DNA of 64,000 nt from assembly GCA_012295275.1 (NCBI GenBank), contig CM022671.1, positions 27,094,001 to 27,158,000 on the forward strand, written 5' to 3'. The notes under the pieces are model-generated. The model searched no databases and was not told the origin of the DNA. It saw only the letters and a list, made by a program, of their open reading frames with translations. The position numbers were made by a program, and so were the translations under genes. The DNA comes from Chrysomallon squamiferum (Eukaryota > Animalia > Mollusca). How positions within the stretch are numbered: position 1 is the stretch's first letter; each line of letters opens with the position of its first letter. Positions 1 to 24,100 of the stretch are shown piece by piece.

Positions 1-1526
1 CAGTTAATGACCATAAACTATGTCACAATGGATGATTTTACAAAATTTTAGGATTTTTTTTTTACCTGTTTTATTTTAGTTATTATTATTTATTTACTTA
101 TTTACTTATTTATTTATTTATTATTATTATTAAGAAAAAAAAAAAAAAACCCAAAACCCCAAGAGGATATTTAAATAACTTTATTTGAATTACCTGAAAT
201 TCTATACTGATTTCTAATTTTTTCATTTCATAACAAATAATCTGTTTTGTAGTGCAAAAAAAAAATAATAATTTAACAATAAAAAATAATTAAAAAGTAT
301 GTATCTTGTTTTGTCTCTTAAAAATAAAAAATAAATTGGTCAATTTCATTTAATAAAATAAATAAATGAAATAAAAAAGATATAAAATACTCCTTAACTG
401 CTGCCAATGACAAAATCACAAAAGACAATTAATACCAAAGTATTATGCTAAAAGCCCATATTTTCTGTTAAAAATATTTTAAATGGGACTAAAAAATAAA
501 TAAATAAATAAAAATAAATAGATGTTTAAATATCACTTCAGTTTTGAAACTTGCAATATGTTTTATTTTGTTTCTTTTATTCTTTATATGTGTTATTGTT
601 TTTTGTTGTAAAATTTAAGATTATAATCTATAACATTATAAAAATAAATTCCTAACTTAAAGTTGTAAAAATATTTGAAAATGGATTTCAGTTACTTTCC
701 AATAGCTTTTTGAAAACAAAATAAAAAATTTTAAAATTTTCTTTATTATTTTGATTAAGAGTATTAAAGTTACTGGGGTTTCTGGGGGTTTTTTCAATTG
801 TTTCCAGTAATTTTTATATGCAAAATACATTAACTTCCCACTTTTAAACTTGAATATTAATATTTGATTGTGTTCTGTAGTTAAAGAAAATAAGAATCTT
901 AATATTAAATGTTTAATTCTGCAATATTTTACTTTTACGATTTCACTTTTAATACAGAAACAAAATACATGAAATCATTTTAAATCATTATCAGTCACAT
1001 AGTTACTTTGTTGGAATATTGTGTCAGCTATTTTAAACAAAAATATTCAGCAACAGGGGGAACAATTTTTGAAAGTTTTTAACCTTTTCAAATAAGTAAT
1101 TGAAATAATTATAAAGGTTCTGCAAATATTTGTGACCACAATGAAAATTTAAATTAAAAACCCTATGCTTTTGGAAAGGATACATTATAAATGTGTATTT
1201 TCAAACCAAGGAAATTATTTTTGAAATTTTAGGAAGCACATAAAAAAAGCAATTGTAAAATACAGCAAGGTTATTTGGTTTAACTGGTGTAAGGCACTTG
1301 TACAGGAGTTTGATGAGTTCACACACAAAAAGAAAAAACTGAAGCACATTTAATAAATTTTATATAAATTACAGTTGTAATGAAATCTTTCCATGAATTT
1401 ATTGACTCATAATTTAGTATGTAACATATAAAAATATTTTCCTATTAAAAAAAAAAAAGAATAAATTAATAAATTAATAAATAAATAAATAAATAATAAT
1501 ATTAATGATAATAATGATAATAATAA

Positions 1527-1587
<61 letters not shown>
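1527..1587. repeat. (AAT)n microsatellite
   Basis: About 20 uninterrupted AAT units downstream of the S6K stop codon. Confidence 0.9.
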
Positions 1588-1590
<3 letters not shown>

Positions 1591-3825
1591 TATTTAACAA
1601 TGAATAATTTGTTTTATAACATGAGAAAATCAATCCATTTCTATCAGTCAATGAAATGAAGTAGGCAGCAGAAAAGGACAGAAAACATATCAGTTTGCAT
1701 AGTAATTTGAGCTGAAAAGCATAGCAATATATATATATATATATTTATAATACTTGTTCCTTCATAAAGTCAGTGTAAGTTCATATCAAAGTCAGTGGTT
1801 ATGGTGATGTATTTTTTATTTTCAGTTATTAAAAATGTATGTATAAAATTTAACGTCATAAACTTGTCATCAAATTTAAAAGCTTTCATTCTTCTATAAA
1901 AAGCAAACTCATTAAAATGTTAAATGTTAAAGATGAAAAAAAATTGTAATTATTTACATGAGATATGTATATTAAAAACAAATATTCTTAATATCCTATA
2001 TTTATACTTAATATGGTGTATGTTTAAAAATTCTTATATTCTATGTGTAACTCAAACATCACATTAAGAGATATTTATTTCTTAGTTATTAATAAATAAG
2101 GAGTTTAAGAAAACATTAATATTAAAATTCATCATTAACTAAAATTTTATGTAGCAATTTTTAATGAATATTATATACATATATAAAGCAAAGCTATAAA
2201 TTCTACAGTGACTAATAAGCAATAATCAGATAGGAAAAAAAAAAATAAATGATTCCCTGTTCCTCATCAATAAATATAATAAATATAATAAAAATTTGAG
2301 TTTGAGACTAGGTAGGTCCCCTGTCTAGCAAGTTATTGATTCAAATTTAATACTATTTTGTATATATGTCCTTTTAAATCCAAATTTGAAAGTTGGTTAG
2401 GACAACTAATAATTGTGCACATCACCCTATCTTATCAAGCCATCTTTTATTATTAAATTACAAATAATTAGTCTTTTAGTGTCACCAAAAGTAGTAAATT
2501 TTTAAACTAATTTTTAAACATTTTTTAATATATATATGCTTACACAAACACACACATTACATTAAAAGGAACTGGATATAAAATATATCTCCATCTTAAT
2601 TTAATTACTGATTTTAAATATTTGAAAAACTCACCATCAACAATTTAATTTTAATTTTTCAAAAGATCAGTAGCATATAACATGTACCCGTATAGAACTG
2701 AAGTCAAAATAACAAGGAAGTTACAAGTATTAAAAATTCCTGAATTTCTGGTACTGCTTATTAAAGTCAAATTAAAAACAAATGTACATGGATATCTAAA
2801 ATCAGCTGTTAATATATATTTATATGTACTGGGTTAATTTTAGTATATGATAAAAACGAATAAATAAATATATATATACATACAAAATTGTGTCATCTAG
2901 TTTAGTAACACTACATAACTGGCCATTTACTAAAGAAAAAACAAAAAATAAACAAAAGGCATAGCTTGAGAAATAAAATCATCATACAAACCAACAAACC
3001 AGCCAATCAAAAAATAGTTAATAAGAATAAGGCAGGTTACGGAACCACTTTTAGAACACAAAATTTAAATGCATTTTTGTTTATAAAAATATATCTTTTA
3101 CTTCTGACTTCAGTCAGTGCTCTTTGTTAGTCAGTCTTCCTCAAAGAGTTTAACATGACAAAAATTGAATTACTTCTTTTTTGTTGAGGGGGGTAAGCTA
3201 TACTGTAAATATCTGCTTTCATTTTCATTGATGCATATATATAAACAAATACATCCACCAATATATACCAATCTGAAACATGATATGGCTTGCTTGTACA
3301 TTTATAACATTTATTATGTTCTATTTTAATTGAATTCAATGCTGTTTCTATGGTTACAAAATCAAGGTTGCATGGTGAAGGCTATCAAAGCATGCCAAGT
3401 GACTGTTCTAAGTAACTGCTGTTTGTACTAAGGAATTAAGAACAACAATGAAAACAAAAGCCACAAAATATTAACACCCTAAACAAAAATTTATTTTAAA
3501 ATCAAATTGTGTGGGTCCGCTCATAATATCACAGATTTAAAAAACAAAAATAAAAGTAGTTATTTCATTTTGAATCAAATAATCCATGTTTAAATCATTA
3601 ATGAATCAAGACCAAAATTTTCCATTACTTTTGTTTTCTTTGAGGAAGCCAGAAGATTTGTTTTGTTGTGTTTAGTTTTTTTTTTTTTTTTCATTCAAAC
3701 AAAGAACACCCATCAATACTGATATATAAAAATAAGTTAGAAGAATAAGTTAAAACTGCACGAATGTTTAAATTAAATTAAAAAAAAAAAAATTAAAAAA
3801 TTGAATTTTCCTAATGTCCCCTTTG

Positions 3826-15483
<11,658 letters not shown>

Positions 15484-15584
15484 CGTTTACATCAGATAAC
15501 TTCTGGAGCGACATAAAAGGAATACGAAGTTGTTTTTTAACTCCAGAGTTCGTTCATTAACCCTTCGTAAAACCCAGGGATTCC

Positions 15585-15645
15585 TTGTGACATCATATTA
15601 CCACGTGATAAACCACCTTCCTGTCTTTTTAGCCAATCACAAGAG
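15585..15645 (-). promoter_or_regulatory. Putative S6K proximal promoter
   Basis: Motif cluster 100-160 bp upstream of the ATG: TGACATCA (CRE-like, 15588), CACGTG E-box (15602), CTTCCTG (ETS-like), AGCCAATCA (NF-Y). TSS not determined. Confidence 0.5.
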
Positions 15646-15708
15646 AGAAATCCCTACATCAGAGGGAATAAAATTCTTATAAAGAGAGATAATTTTATTA
15701 ATTTCACG

Positions 15709-15788
15709 ATAGGGGATGAGCGTGCCCGAACCTTGAATTGGACGTGGGCACGTAAAAAGAGTTCTCCATCCATCCATAGGGGATGAGC
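15709..15788 (+). mobile_element. Tiny 5'-truncated retroposon (SINE/LINE 3' end) with 13-bp TSD
   Basis: Exact direct repeat ATAGGGGATGAGC (15709-15721 and 15776-15788) flanks a 54-nt insert containing a CGTGCCC...GGGCACG stem-loop and a TCCATCCATCC tail. Confidence 0.6.
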
Positions 15789-16801
15789 AACAGGAAATAA
15801 TTAATAATAAGAATAAATATTAAATACCGTATTGATACTTAAAAAGTTTATTATTATTATTATCTTCTTTATCATTATTATGCTCATCACCATCATTACT
15901 ATTTATAAAACAAGTAGAGAAAAAGAAAGAAATCATAAGTAAACAGAAAGCAATCTTAACTTATTAGGAAATGATACAGTCATATTCAAGAATAATTTTC
16001 ACGCACTGTTTTCTTTTGTTTATATATTGCTGTTTATTCTTGTTTTCTCACATATTACGATTTTCATGGCTAACAGTATTTAATTTATTTATGCATTAAC
16101 TTCTGTGTGTGTGTGTGTGTGTGAGTGTGTGTGTGTGTGTGTGTTCAAGAATTAGAAAAGATGATAGACTTTCTTATGGTCAATTTGTTTTTACTTATTA
16201 TGTTTTATTATTACTATTTTTTTATCACGGAAGTAAGTAATAAAAATATTATTACACCACATAATGGTTATTGTACCTTATTGTGAATAAATATTAAACC
16301 GAGTAACTTACGACTTTTTTCAGTTTATGTTTTATATTAATGATAATGTATTCTTTATTAAATGGAAAAGAAAAACATTCCTTTATATTTCTTTAAATTT
16401 AATATTTATTTATATAATTTTTATATTTATTTATTTAATTTACGTTTTTAATTAGTTCATTTAAAAGCTTCTAAGACAATTCGATATTTATATAAGTTTG
16501 TGAAAAGTATATTTTATTGGAATTTTTAATTAGGTTGTAGTAGAAGTAGTAGTAGTGGTGGTAGTAGTATTAATAATAATTAAAGGTGATTATAACTATG
16601 TACAACAACTTTAAGCTTCGAAGTGCTGTTTAATTAGTTTTCATAAAGAGTAACCATAGTGCTTCACAACAGCTTGCTCTGATTAGCACGTTCATTTTTT
16701 TTTTTTTTTTTTTTTTCAGTTTCAGTAACCATTCAATTATATCTGAACAGTTCCAGTTGTTGTATATGCTATATGGACAGAAACTGTTATTATTTATAAT
16801 A

Positions 16802-17601
16802 CATTCGTATCTGTATTTAGCGGCCCCCAAGATCAGCGGCCACCATCTATGTACGGACACTTTTCCGAGTCCGATTGTTTTTCAGCAGTTATGTACCTTA
16901 GATCAACGGACACCTGTTGAACGCGGACGCGGACAGCATTTTTATGAAACATATTTTCCACTGCTGAAGTGTAGTCAGACCGATTTGGTATTGTTTTCTC
17001 CAAATATATAATTTTATTTACACAATATTTTAAAGATGGCGTATCCCTTTTACTGCATTGCACAGTGAATGCAGGGAATGTTGTTTTTGTCGAATCACAA
17101 GAGTCTACGAACTGCAATCGTCAAACACTTGCCCACAAAACCGTACGTAATTTGGTACATAATTTTAATAATAATAATTCAATAATTCAAACATTCAACA
17201 TCATTCCATGTATATATATACGTTTTATAAACACCGTATCTTAGAGGAATTTCGAGGCCGAAAAGATGGTGTGGCTGGCACAAATCGGAGCTTAGTTTGT
17301 GTTTCAAACCAAATATGTTTTAAAACATAAATATACCTTTTGCTTATTATGAGTTTTATGACGTGCAAAATAAGTTTTATTTACATCCATTAATGAATTC
17401 GATATATTTGCAGTTGTATTTTAGGTGAAAGCTGTAGGTTTGATGCTTGCTATGGTGATTTATGTTTGTGATGAGTACTGATGTGATGGATGTAAATGTG
17501 TTCAAAACAATTGTCTGTAATGTTTGTCTCTCTGATGAGAGGACACCTGCAATGAAGGGACACTTTTGCTGGTCCTATGGATGTCCGTACAAGACAGGTA
17601 G

Positions 17602-17606
<5 letters not shown>
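16802..17606. mobile_element. Decayed non-autonomous Tc1/mariner (Tigger/pogo-like) element
   Basis: TA on both flanks. Degenerate TIRs CATTCGTATCTGTATTTAGCGGCC vs reverse complement TAGTGCTACCTGTCTTGTACGGAC. Repeated subterminal (C)GGACAC/GCGGCCAC motifs at both ends. No transposase ORF. Confidence 0.5.
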
Positions 17607-17639
<33 letters not shown>

Positions 17640-18725
17640 GGAAATACTATAAGGAAATAATTTAATAAAGCATAGGGAAATCGAGCAATAGATCGTGTAT
17701 GCACATTGATCTTTCATTCATTTTTGTTTTGTTTTGTTTTGAAGATAATAATAACTTTTTAGATGCTCACTAAACAAATGTACATTTACTGTATTTGGTA
17801 AACTATTCCTTTTATGCAAAAAATATTTTCATGCAAATCCTTCAACATTTTGCGTTATGTTAGCTTTTATTATTTTTTGATCTCCAAAAGTGAAAGGGTG
17901 ACAATTATGACTGGAAAGGGAACGTACCATGCATAACACTTTGATTATTGGCGAATTATTATTGATTTAATTAAAATTATTCCTGCTATAATTTTGTTAT
18001 TTCACAAACACGTTTGTCATTAACCCGTGCCATACAACTGCATCGCTTATCAAGGGACGTGTGGTTAGTGCCTCCTTTAATATTAAAAAATAGCATGTAA
18101 AAATTCCTTATTAATCTACGTTTTTTCACTCGTTTAATACAGAATGCACCGCCATTGTTAATAATAAAATATTAAACATTAATTTCAGCTTTGCGAAATT
18201 GAATGTCTGTTCACGAAAAAGATGTCAAAGGAAAGAACGTTTTCTCTGCCCTAGCTTATTCAAAATGTTTTTTTTTTTTTTTTTTTTTTTTTTATAGTTG
18301 TCATTTAATCACTGTACGACTGCAACATATTTTAAATATCTGCCACACATACGTTTCAGTAAACTTAAACATTTTTTTTAAAATTTAAACGGTGGTATGT
18401 ATTTGTATAATTTCTATTAATTTATTAACTTTTTTTAATTTATTATTTATTTATTTATTTTACTGTTTTAAATCATCTGGATGAAAATAATTACATAATT
18501 TTGAAGAGCATGTTCAACATCGCCGCGCGGACTAATGAACTATTTCTGGCACGTGACCCCTTTCGTATTAGGTCTATTTCAGTCTTATTTTAACACACCT
18601 TTATTTACATTCGATAAAAGCTATTCAGCTCTCTGTTGATACATCTTTATTCTTGGTGTATGCAAGTCCACTGAAGTAGTGTAAATTAAGTTCGTGACAC
18701 ATTTTATTTTCTGTCCACGCTTAAG

Positions 18726-18756
<31 letters not shown>

Positions 18757-19799
18757 TCTTTAAAATATCCAAACGGCAATGTCTGACATGTTACTTAATA
18801 ATAAAATATATTTGATTTATTTAGTTGTGCATTTCCATGGATTCTTTAACTGACTTACTTTGTTTCAATACAGAATAAACTGTAACATCATTTTAGTTAA
18901 ATTATAAATGAAAGCTGTGCCAACGCTCAATAACCGTAAATATTGAAAACATTATATTTCTATTTATTATCTTCCTTATCTTGTGCCTACTGTTTCATTG
19001 TCATTATAACATAACTCCCTACTTTTACTTGTGAAAAATCGTAAGTATGTACAAGGATGAATGTGTACCTTAGTCAAACCTCTGCTTACGATGTATGTGC
19101 TGGCAACATGCAGACACTGGCCAATATTTGAACAAAAAATACTACTCATAGATATTGTATATTTGTCAGTAAACATGAAAATTACATGCTGTGTCATTTA
19201 AATGACCACCTTTTTTGGATTATATGGAAATTAAAAAGTAAATGGACAAGATGGAAAAAAAAGAAATTATAACTTAAAATGTATGCTCATATTTATTACT
19301 TTTAAACAAACATAACAAATATTCTGTGTGCAGTTAAATATTTTTTTATTTTTATCATCTCACTCCTTACATACCAAATCAGTTGTATGATTCACTATTC
19401 TGAATGATGCACAAAACAGTTAATATCAGTTTTGCATAAAATGTATTTTACACTTCCAGTTGTGGTATTTGAAACAAAAAGTTCACTACACAAAACATGG
19501 TGTTAATGAACATAAAATCAAAATAATGTTGCAAATAAACAAAATCTTATTATTGTTTTACATTTTACACTTTCAAGTTACTGGCAAAGAGTTTATTTAA
19601 ATTAAAGCAAACAAGAGAGAGAGAGAGAAAAAAAAAAGAAGTAAAATTACAAATTATTTTTTTCAAATCTATTTAAATATCATATCTATTATTACTTTCA
19701 TTATTCAATACAGCAGTATTAATAGTTTTATTATAATTTATCTGTTTCAAGTTCCCTATTTATTTTTCTTCAATTTAAAGTAATCTTAATTAAATAGAG

Positions 19800-19830
<31 letters not shown>

Positions 19831-20186
19831 AAAAAAATAAAACCAAACCTGAGCTTTTTAATAATTATATGTTTCAAACTGAATAATTATTTTTTTATAC
19901 ATTATAAGTTTCTACAACAAAGGATATAAAGAAAAATTGAAGTACTGGAACATCACATCCTGTACATATATATATATATATATATATCTGAGAAGGAGAG
20001 TGAAAAACAAATCAAACAAGAAAAGCAACATTAAGAAAAATTATAATACAAAATTTAAATGGCCTCAGTATCAACTGGAAATGTTAATATTAACATTTTA
20101 ATGGTGTGTAATACAGTTGAATTACGAAGGTCTGTCTGGTTATAAACACTGAAGTTGTTATTACATCACTGTGTCACTGGCTGGTG

Positions 20187-21050
20187 TCAAGTAAGAAGGG
20201 TGTCGTCAATCTCCTCCTGGCGACCTTCTGCCTGAGTGGTGTGTTTCTTCAAACTCTTAGTCAACACTTCACGCAATGAATCTTGCATACCAGTGTCAAG
20301 GAAAGAAAGACAGTCCTATTATAAAAAAATAAAAAAAAAAGAATTTAAAAAGTATGTTATATTTATTTATTTATTTATTTATTATTGGTCAGTGTTTTTG
20401 ATAGTTTACAAGAAACGAAGTCAAAATATTTTGTGTTTGTTATGGTAAAATAAGAAAAATATTAAAGTTTCTGGATGGAATTATTTTTAAAGAAAAATAA
20501 ATTAAATAAAAAATTAAATAAAAAATTAAATAAAACAATACTGACACGGAACATTTTCATTACTGTTAAATATTTCTATGAAAAAAATGTCGAAAAAAAT
20601 GTAAAAAAAGAAAAAAATACCAGCTTTTTATTTTACTAATGTGAACTTTGTAATTAGCAAAAAATCAGTCAGCAGGACCATACAACAGAATCACGTGAAA
20701 AGCACATAAAAATATTTTGGCTATTATTTACCGCCAATGTAACATTTTAAAATGTATGAAATGAAAAATATTACACTGACCTGAAAACCTTTCTCTCCAG
20801 TCCTAAGATGAAGTAAGGCAACAAGAGCTAACTCGCTGTTTGCTCTGACAAGTGTGTTCCTCTCTTTTGTCCCATTAACTAGCAGTGGAATAAGCTGTCG
20901 AATTATGTCTGATGGAAGCATGTTTGGAAAACTCTGTGCAAGCCACATTACTATCTGTCCAACAAGTTGTTTAACCTCGTTTGAATCATGTTTCATTCCC
21001 TGAAAGTATGCAATCAGTAAACATTACAGGCTAATTCATCTATCTATCAG

Positions 21051-21084
<34 letters not shown>

Positions 21085-21088
21085 AGTC

Positions 21089-21185
<97 letters not shown>

Positions 21186-24100
21186 ATATGTCAAATAAAG
21201 AAAAAATAATAATAAAAAATAAATAATAAATAAATGGAAAGAAAATCAATTAAAAAAAAAAAAAAAAAACAAAAAAAAAAAAAAAAATATATATATATGT
21301 TATTAAACATAAATAAAAATCAACAAAAAACAACATGTATTTTTCACTCCTAATAAAATAATTTTTTTATTGTTTATGAGTTATCTGTCCATAAAAATAA
21401 CAACAGTTTACCTTGTTAAGTAAACCAATCATATCTACAGAGACGTCCTCGGATGACTTTAGTTGATGTCTCATTATGTATCCTGCACACCTCAAACCAC
21501 TCAGGCAAATAGGAATCTGAAAAACAACAAAGGGAAGATAATTATGATTTGTAGTAATTTTCTCACTATTTTATTTACATATAAAGATAAACATATTAAA
21601 TAAAAGACAGAGAAATATAATACAAATTTTAAAAATTAAGAATAAATTCCAGCAGTTTTTACAGTTTTTCATATTTCTCTCTTAAGAAATGTTATTTGAT
21701 TTTTTTTTTTTTTTTGTAAATGACAATCTTCATTTATCTCTGAAATTTGTGATACTGCTGCAATGTCTGTTACAATGAAACACTGACAATCAGATACAAA
21801 TAGTACAATAATTTGTGGCATTTAGATAATTTACTTGAATTATGAAAGAAATCCTACATGATTCTTTATTTACTTACTCTGTCAGCCAGGGCCAACTGTC
21901 CCACAGCTTTGAGAATGTTCATCTTGAATGCAGGAGTCCAGATCTGTTCTGGATGATCCTTGATGGCCACTCCCAGAGCCATGCTGCGGCCATGTCTCAA
22001 TGTCCAGTCTAAACTGGCATCAAGATCTGGAGCAAAAAAAAGAAAAAAAAACAACAACTTCTTAATCAACCCTGATGGTTATATAATTAGGTAACACATT
22101 TTATCTGTGTCAAAGGAAATTTCTATTTGTATTCACCATAATATCAGTTACTTTCATCAAGATTATAGAAATCAAACTGACAAATTAAATCCAACTATAG
22201 TTTTAAATCAAAGATATCAAAGATATGATAATATAAATATTAAAAAAAACCTAACTGACATTAGCATTACTACCAAGAAAAAAACAGAAAAATTCAAATG
22301 TATATAACCAAAAATATGGAACAGAAATAATATTATTACAGACAACCGCAACAATAATAAAACATAATCTTTAAAGAGATTTACCCAACAGATCATTAAT
22401 AATTAGATCGGTGAGTTCAGCTTCAGGTAAGACATTAACAAGTTCCCCAGACAACCAGCTGCCACCATTCCGTGTACTGTCTTCAGAAACACTCAGCAGT
22501 CCTTTCAGCAGCATAGTGATCTGTCTGCGTAAACCGTCTGCTATTTTTACACCAGCACCCATCAGACAGTAGCGCAACGCCTGCAGCATGGTGTCTCTGA
22601 AAGAAAACACTCAAGTTAAATGTCTAACATAACAATTAAATAACAGATCAAAGCAGTGTATTTTATGTTTCAATATGAGGTTCAATACATGTAATTTTGT
22701 TCATTTGTTTTCTTCTTGAGACCAAGCACCGGAAAGCCTGAAAATCAACTGATAAGGATGGTAATAAGCACATTTTAATAATGTTTTTTTTTTTAATTAA
22801 AAATATCCAATGCAGAAAATTTAAAGTGTAAAACTTCACACAAGTAACTAACAAAGACACTACCATGAAATTAAACAATTTTGCCAATACTACATAAAAA
22901 TGTTAATGTGGATATATTATTTCAATTCAATTTTTTTTTAATATTAATTAGCAGTTTATTTTTTAGTTTTTAACCGAGAGTTAAATGCACATCATGCATT
23001 ATTTAGCAATGCCATGAAGATTATTGCAGTTTTTAACTGTCTGTTTTCTATATTTTTCTTTATTCAGAACATGTTACTTATTAACAGTTACTTATTAAAT
23101 CATTTTTAAACTGCATGGGTTACTAATAACTGTAAATTCTTTATGTTATTATAAAACTAATTTCAGACAGATAAATTTAATTATTAAAATTATTGGTTCA
23201 AGACTGTTTGTTATTAAGGAGCTAGCATTTTCGAAAGATGTTTTAACAAACTAACTTCACACTGGTGTCTTCAGCATTCTTAATGCCAGACTGCAGTTCT
23301 GTGAACAGTGGGTCCACTCTGGTGTGTATTACAATCAGTTTGCCAAGAGCAGCAGCAGCTTTCAGTCTTACAGAGCGATGCGGATCATTCAGAGCTTTTA
23401 AGAATGTAGTCTGAAGCTGAGGCAAGAATGGCTTCAACATTAATCCAACCTGTTGAAAAAAAAATATATAAACAGAACTATAAAGTGTACAAAAATAATT
23501 TAATTTCATTCAGTTTGATTTTTATCATTTTCTTTCCATTTATGGCAACAGTAGCAGAAATTTGGGTTTTTGTATGAAATTATTTCAAAACACTGATGTT
23601 ATAAATGAATACAAAATAATTTTTATGACATTATCTACAAATACCTTCTCATCAGAATGCAACCATTAACCAGGACTAAATTATTTAATTTTAAATTGTA
23701 TACAGATGATTTTATTTATTTATTACAGAGAATATATATGAGAATATATACAATTAAATACAGGTAAATTATTTAATAACTGTTATCCCTAAGATGAAAC
23801 ATAGAAAACTAACCTTTGCTAGAAGTAAAGTCAAGGTCTCTAACACTGCAACTTTTACATTCCATGAGAATCTGTCACCAAGGATTCGGATAAGAGGACC
23901 AGTGATGTTAACAACTGAAGGCTTCAGGGCTTCAGCACTTGTGTAGCTTATAACCTCTCCCAGACCAATGGCTGCAAGTTCCTTCATTTCGGGAGACCCA
24001 TTCAAAATTCCTTCACGAAATATTGGCAACACCGGTGTGATACCCTGAGTTATTAGAAGTACAAAATGATTTAAGTTTTAAATACATTTTTCAGAGTAAA

